This document shows, piece after piece, positions 59,713-64,000 of a stretch of DNA of 64,000 nt. Below the pieces are notes generated by a model that was not told the origin of the DNA, ran no database searches, and saw nothing but the letters and a program-made list of their open reading frames with translations. The position numbers and the translations under genes are program-made. The first letter of the stretch is position 1. Every line of letters starts with the position of its first letter. The stretch comes from Acetobacterium sp. (GTDB taxonomy: Bacteria; Bacillota; Clostridia; Eubacteriales; Eubacteriaceae), in assembly GCF_039830195.1 (NCBI RefSeq), contig NZ_JBDODG010000007.1, positions 4,638 to 68,637 on the forward strand. Direction: 5' to 3'.

Positions 59713-60087
59713 TCACTTACTCATGGCAAACTGATATGCTTCTTTAATCCAGTTCACGAGTTCCAGATCAATTTCATTTTTATCCTGGATTATTACATGA
59801 TGCGTCCATCTGTTTGGATATGGTTCCGCAACTTCCACAATTCGCGGTGATTCAAGGCGATAGGATAGTCCGAATGATACAATGATATAAATATCCGGAC
59901 GATTTTTCATCGTGCGGATCGGTAACCATACAAACGCAAATTGGTGCTTGTTGGAAAAAGAAATCTGTGATTTATGAATCTTTATCCGAACATCAGGGTA
60001 TTCGGCCAGTACTTTTTCTGCAAACATTTTATACAATGGCAATGCCTGAGGCATCTTAGCAAAAAATAAACCCGTTTCGATATCCAT
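59713..60087 (-). CDS. DUF5655-like protein
   Basis: KSQISF, PYPNRWTHHVII, IDLELVNWIKEAY; RBS GGAGG before ATG 60087. Confidence 0.8.
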   Translation of the reverse strand: MDIETGLFFAKMPQALPLYKMFAEKVLAEYPDVRIKIHKSQISFSNKHQFAFVWLPIRTMKNRPDIYIIVSFGLSYRLESPRIVEVAEPYPNRWTHHVIIQDKNEIDLELVNWIKEAYQFAMSK

Positions 60088-60099
60088 CTTTACCTCCGA

Positions 60100-60126
60100 A
60101 TGACAAGGGGGCGTTTCGTATGTCAT
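60100..60126. repeat. 27-bp dispersed repeat, copy C (inverted relative to B)
   Basis: ATGACAAGGGGGCGTTTCGTATGTCAT; reverse complement is 22/27 identical to copy B. Confidence 0.8.
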
Positions 60127-60178
60127 ACTCGTCACTTCACTGCCGACTTTTTTTCAAGTATATCACAGCTTGATGGGC

Positions 60179-60196
60179 ATGACAAAAAAACATCCC
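60179..60196. repeat. Partial copy E of the 27-bp repeat
   Basis: ATGACAAAAAAACATCCC vs ATGACAAACGAAACGTCCC. Confidence 0.55.
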
Positions 60197-60263
60197 GGTG
60201 GCATATGCGAAATTCATTACTGATTAGAACTGTTACTTTTTTCTGTTTGCTCACAAAGACATA

Positions 60264-60314
60264 TTGACATAATCGACACGCGTGTTTATAATATTAATCG
60301 ACACGTGTGTCGAT
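60264..60314 (+). promoter_or_regulatory. Consensus SigA promoter with two TetR operators
   Basis: TTGACA (60264), 17 bp, TATAAT (60287); ATCGACACGCGTGTTTAT and ATCGACAC-GT-GTGTCGAT. Confidence 0.85.
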
Positions 60315-60335
60315 TACGGAATGGAGAAATGGTGT

Positions 60336-60908
60336 ATGACTGCAAAAAAAGAACGCACGCGAGATATGATTTTGGAGGCGACATACGGTCTCTTTGCAAA
60401 GAATGGCTTTAATAAAGTTACCATGAAGGATGTTTGTGAAGCAACAGCTTTAAGTAGAGGTGGCTTGTATAGTCATTTTCCGGGAACAAAGGAAATCTTT
60501 GAAGCGATCCTTGAAAAGCTAAATCAGAAGGAGGAAATGAATTTTACGAAGGAAATGATGGCAGGCCTTCCAGCAACAGAAATTCTAAGCAGAGCCCTCA
60601 ACTTAATGGAGGATGAAATGAAGCGTTCAGAAGATTCTTTAAGCCTTGCCATGTATGAATATGCCGGAACCATCGATCAAGACTTAATGAATCATTTCAA
60701 TACGATTGGCGAAAAAAAATGGACTGACTTAATCGAATATGGGATTAAGCGCGGTGAATTCAAGCAAGTAGATGTTTATGAGATTGTCAATGTGATTTTG
60801 TATGTATATCAGGGCGTTCGCATGTGGAGCCGTATTGTTACAATGCCACCGGATACATTCAGGTCAATTACCTCCCATATAGAAAAACAGCTAATAAAGG
60901 AGCATTAA
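60336..60908 (+). CDS. TetR/AcrR-family regulator
   Basis: ILEATYGLFAKNGFNKVTMKDVCEATALSRGGLYSHF. Confidence 0.92.
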   Translation: MTAKKERTRDMILEATYGLFAKNGFNKVTMKDVCEATALSRGGLYSHFPGTKEIFEAILEKLNQKEEMNFTKEMMAGLPATEILSRALNLMEDEMKRSEDSLSLAMYEYAGTIDQDLMNHFNTIGEKKWTDLIEYGIKRGEFKQVDVYEIVNVILYVYQGVRMWSRIVTMPPDTFRSITSHIEKQLIKEH

Positions 60909-60912
60909 GATT

Positions 60913-62055
60913 ATGGAATTTATTACCGAGAGATTGATCTTACGACCTTGGCAGGAGAGCGATGCCGAGCGTCTTTTTGAATACGCAAAGGATCCTGAAG
61001 TGGGACCGATTGCCGGTTGGCCGGTCCATACCAGTGTCGAAAACAGTCTTGATATTATCCGAAATGTTTTATCTGTTGATGAAACCTATGCCGTTTGCTT
61101 AAAGGATGATAACAAGGTAATTGGCAGTATCGGACTTATTCCACCGATGCAGTCGCATACAAAAGCTGCCGCAGACGAAATTGAAATCGGATATTGGCTA
61201 GGCATGCCGTTTTGGGGAAATGGGTATATTCCTGAAGCTGTCAAAAGACTTCAGCAACATGCTTTTGAAGATCTTGGGTGTAATGCCATGTGGTGCGGCT
61301 ATTATGATGGAAATGAAAAATCAAAACGCTGTCAGGAAAAGTGTGGGTTTATCTATCATCATACTGAAGAAAACAAGCCCTGTGCACTCATGGGAGATGT
61401 TAGAAAAGAGCATTTCACCCGGCTTACAAAAGAAGCTTGGGCGATAAACGAACAAAAGAAACCGGTGGTTCTATTTGTCCACGGAAAGGGTGGATCCGCA
61501 ACTGAAGCAGACCATTATCGTAAATTGTTTCCTGAACATGAGGTTGTCGGATTTGATTATCAGGCGGAAACTCCCTGGGATTGTATCAATGAATTTCAGG
61601 CACAAGCAGATGCATTGTTGTTAGAGTCTGAAAGCATCATACTTGTTGCCCATAGCATCGGGGCATTCTTTGTGATGCATGCTTTATCAGAGAAGCAGAT
61701 TCATAGAGCTTATTTCATATCGCCGATTGTTGATATGGAGAAATTGATTTCTGATATGATGTTGTGGGCCAATGTTACAGATCAGGATCTTCAGGAGAAA
61801 AAGATTATTGAGACTTCCTTTGGGGAAATGCTATCTTGGGACTACCTTTCTTGGGTGCGGGCGCATCCGATTAAGTGGAATGTACCGACAGAAATTTTGT
61901 ACGGCGGGCAGGATAATCTGACATCGCGAGATACGATTGATGCATTTGCTAAAAATCATGGCGCTAATCTGACAATTATGGAGGACGGCGAGCATTGGTT
62001 CCATACCGAGGAACAGATGACATTTGTGGATGCCTGGATAAAAAACCGCAGTTAA
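60913..62055 (+). CDS. RimJ/RimL-type GNAT fused to an alpha/beta hydrolase domain
   Basis: TERLILRP, EIGYWLG...WGNGY, GNEKSKRCQEKCGF; then FVHGKGG, AHSIG, GEHWFH. Confidence 0.85.
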   Translation: MEFITERLILRPWQESDAERLFEYAKDPEVGPIAGWPVHTSVENSLDIIRNVLSVDETYAVCLKDDNKVIGSIGLIPPMQSHTKAAADEIEIGYWLGMPFWGNGYIPEAVKRLQQHAFEDLGCNAMWCGYYDGNEKSKRCQEKCGFIYHHTEENKPCALMGDVRKEHFTRLTKEAWAINEQKKPVVLFVHGKGGSATEADHYRKLFPEHEVVGFDYQAETPWDCINEFQAQADALLLESESIILVAHSIGAFFVMHALSEKQIHRAYFISPIVDMEKLISDMMLWANVTDQDLQEKKIIETSFGEMLSWDYLSWVRAHPIKWNVPTEILYGGQDNLTSRDTIDAFAKNHGANLTIMEDGEHWFHTEEQMTFVDAWIKNRS

Positions 62056-62060
62056 ATCAG

Positions 62061-62115
62061 ATGATCAGGGGAGAACCTCCCCTTGTGACGACAAGGGGGA
62101 CGTTTCGTTTGTCAT
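62061..62115. repeat. Back-to-back doublet of the 27-bp repeat (copies D' and D)
   Basis: ATGATCAGGGGAGAACCTCCCCTTGTGA joined to ACGACAAGGGGGACGTTTCGTTTGTCAT, between convergent genes. Confidence 0.75.
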
Positions 62116-62124
62116 AAAGCAATC

Positions 62125-62769
62125 TCACTGGATAATCGAATGGCTGTGAATAAAAAATTCTTCCTGACTGGGCTGATACTTTTTCTCCATACTTTCCAAA
62201 CCCGCGTCAAAGCGCTCCGCTTCTTGTTCATCAATCTCGAATACAGGGCTTTGATGGTAAACCCATTTTCTTCCATCCAAGGCTCCTGGTTTGAGCTCTT
62301 TTACCATCATTGCCGTCGGATAGGTCCCGTTTTCAAGACAGATATTATATCTCTTGCAACTCTTAAAGCCGCGGCTTACGTAATTATTCGGATTCCCAAA
62401 TATTACAATCACATCATAACCAAGTGCGGCAGCCTGTTCAAAGGAATACTCGATTAGTTTTTTTCCATATCCCTTTCGCTGATACTCTGGCAAAATGCAA
62501 ACGGGCCCGAACGTCAGGATATCTTTTTCTGCCCCGGACTCATCAATCAGTTTTGCTTTCGTATACATGATATTCCCGATGATCTGATTATCAACTTCAA
62601 TCACCAGATCCAACTCTGGCAAAAAATCTTTGTGGGATCGCATCACGTGAACCAAATAGTGTTCATTACACCCCGGAATATATAAATTCCAAAAAGATTT
62701 CCTGGTGAGTTCTTCTACTCGCTGATAATCGCTTTCTTCTTCATTCCTAATCTTAATTACTTTGTCCAT
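62125..62769 (-). CDS. GNAT N-acetyltransferase (YhbS-like)
   Basis: LTFGPVCILPEYQRKGYGKKLI, VIFGNPNNYVSRGF. Confidence 0.9.
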   Translation of the reverse strand: MDKVIKIRNEEESDYQRVEELTRKSFWNLYIPGCNEHYLVHVMRSHKDFLPELDLVIEVDNQIIGNIMYTKAKLIDESGAEKDILTFGPVCILPEYQRKGYGKKLIEYSFEQAAALGYDVIVIFGNPNNYVSRGFKSCKRYNICLENGTYPTAMMVKELKPGALDGRKWVYHQSPVFEIDEQEAERFDAGLESMEKKYQPSQEEFFIHSHSIIQ

Positions 62770-62810
62770 TTATATCACCATTCCTTTCATTCTTCTTTAA
62801 CGGATTCTCC

Positions 62811-62825
62811 ACGTCTCTTTGTCAT
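62811..62825. repeat. Half-copy G of the 27-bp repeat
   Basis: ACGTCTCTTTGTCAT vs ACGTTTCGTTTGTCAT. Confidence 0.5.
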
Positions 62826-62836
62826 GTTCTGCCTAT

Positions 62837-62917
62837 TTAGCAATTCCAGTTGATTTTCGCCGGGTTCGGTTCATTCACCGCTTGAGCCACCGGATTTCCC
62901 GCTACATCACGGGCAGC
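62837..62917 (-). pseudogene. Internally deleted duplicate of the 3' end of the Imm5-like gene
   Basis: 62844-62874 matches 63608-63638 (29/31) and 62878-62917 matches 63831-63870 (36/40). Confidence 0.9.
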
Positions 62918-62926
62918 GACTTTTTA

Positions 62927-63406
62927 TTATAGGCGATTGATTATCGTCGCAACAAATTTCTCAACACCTTGATCAATCGTATTGATCAAGAGCGCCTGAT
63001 CTTCAAAATCAGGTGTGCATGTCAATATCCATTCTGCGATAGCATCCTGATTATTTTTATCATGAAATACATTTATTTCATCTGAAAAACTATCAAGTAT
63101 CGATTCATGTGCCCTGGCAATATCGCGGTTCCGCGCCGAAAGCCATACCTCAAAGGACCCTTTTTCATGTAAATACACAATCGCAATTTTTAAACCCTGA
63201 TCTTTTAATGGCTTTGTACTCAAAGAGAAATAAGACATATCCAGATATCCCTGATAGATGCTGCTGACATCGTAGTGGGGGTATTTCTTAATAAAAGCGG
63301 CTCTTAATTTACCCATAAACGTCAATATCCCTTTGTATGCAATTTGGATTTCACCTTGCTGCAACTGCTGCGTATACCCCGCTACTAGTTTATTAAGCGT
63401 TTTCAT
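62927..63406 (-). CDS. Conserved hypothetical protein (DUF7000-like)
   Basis: YQGYLDMSYF, GLKIAIVYLHE, FEVWLSARNR; RBS GGAGG. Confidence 0.75.
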   Translation of the reverse strand: MKTLNKLVAGYTQQLQQGEIQIAYKGILTFMGKLRAAFIKKYPHYDVSSIYQGYLDMSYFSLSTKPLKDQGLKIAIVYLHEKGSFEVWLSARNRDIARAHESILDSFSDEINVFHDKNNQDAIAEWILTCTPDFEDQALLINTIDQGVEKFVATIINRL

Positions 63407-63445
63407 TCTTTTGCCTCCAACAAATTTTATTTAGCTGTTTTGTCA

Positions 63446-63508
63446 TTATCCAGTCGTGCCAAAAAGCAATAATGCCATACACATTAAACTAATCGCCACT
63501 CGTTTCAT
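63446..63508 (-). pseudogene. Signal-peptide-only stub MKRVAISLMCMALLLFGTTG*
   Basis: RBS AGGGAG, basic N-region and hydrophobic core; stop abuts ATGACAAAACAGC. Confidence 0.5.
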
Positions 63509-63600
63509 TGTTTTCTCCCTGTTTATTAATAAGAGATTACCCGCGCATTTCTAGAGCCTAGATTTAATCACCTGTTCCACTTTTTTACGCTTTATCCTCT

Positions 63601-63999
63601 TTAACAGTTCCAGTTGATTTTTGCCGGGTTCGTTTCATGCTCCACTACCATGCTGCGCAAAGCGGCTTCGATACGACCGCACTCTGCGGCGGCACATTGT
63701 TCAATTTCATCCCAGCTTGCCGCTGTCCCGAGCTGATCATAGGCGACGGCCAAGGCGCCATAAAAAGCCAAACCGATACAATGCCGGGCGGAATGAATGG
63801 TCGATGCCGATTGACCGATGGCTCTCGCCGCCGCTTGCGCCACCGGATTTCCCTCTGCGTCACGGGCAGCGCCATGGCAGGCAAGGATTTCCTTTTTTGC
63901 CTGGGGCAGTTTAATTGTCCCTGACAACCATTCCCGAGCTGCCTTCAAAGCCTGCTGTGGTCGCAGATCATCCGGGTAGTCCCGCTCCCATAATGGCTG
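63601..63999 (-). CDS. Imm5-like 'putative immunity protein', C-terminal part (runs off window end)
   Basis: DYPDDLRPQQALKAAREW, HGAAR, QAAARAIGQSASTIHSARH. Confidence 0.75.
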   Translation of the reverse strand, partial: QPLWERDYPDDLRPQQALKAAREWLSGTIKLPQAKKEILACHGAARDAEGNPVAQAAARAIGQSASTIHSARHCIGLAFYGALAVAYDQLGTAASWDEIEQCAAAECGRIEAALRSMVVEHETNPAKINWNC

Positions 64000-64000
64000 C

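Noticed and set aside
1-64000. Many 60-200-aa ORFs antisense to or nested in the genes above (e.g. 538-996, 8558-8959, 28244-28786, 31681-32301)
   Set aside because: Shadow frames of well-supported genes; no family motifs or RBS.
1-64000. CRISPR array, tRNA or rRNA
   Set aside because: No regularly spaced repeat-spacer run and no cloverleaf or rRNA signatures. The 27-bp repeats are irregularly spaced and in mixed orientation.
1-64000. RAYT/Y1 transposase or integrase serving the 27-bp repeats
   Set aside because: No HUH motif ORF or tyrosine/serine recombinase recognised in the window.

Overview
Gene-dense chromosomal accessory region of a low-to-mid GC anaerobic Firmicute. The gene repertoire suggests an Acetobacterium/Eubacteriaceae-like acetogen, but that is inference. 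No rRNA, tRNA, CRISPR array, prophage or intact transposase was found. About 60 CDS are present, mostly small regulator-plus-effector modules: five TetR units (four with visible palindromic operators), PadR, XRE-AbrB, a WYL regulator, a 12-TM LuxR, MFS/ABC transporters, two GGDEF-EAL proteins, hydrolases, nitroreductases, GNATs, an orphan lantibiotic-immunity LanFEG-RK cluster, an amidinotransferase, oleate hydratase, SelO, class I aldolase and an RNHCP-RsgA pair. The most striking features not explained by the ORF track are: (1) a dispersed ~27-bp imperfect palindrome (ATGACAAACGAAACGTCCCCCTTGTCAT-like) in about 9 intergenic positions, which tightly brackets single genes and sits at truncation junctions, suggesting a REP-like or cassette-shuffling system; (2) many gene remnants (IS3 orfA fused to a decapitated MFS, two broken DUF1810 copies, a deleted Imm5-like duplicate, a QueG-like stub, an ABC ATPase stub, a signal-peptide-only stub); (3) a GC-richer island with a membrane-embedded LuxR sensor upstream of an operon of zinc-ribbon membrane proteins; (4) a leader-peptide/hairpin attenuator candidate in front of RNHCP-rsgA. 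Family names come from recalled motifs, not database searches. Where a start differs from the ORF track it was moved to the codon with a ribosome-binding site.
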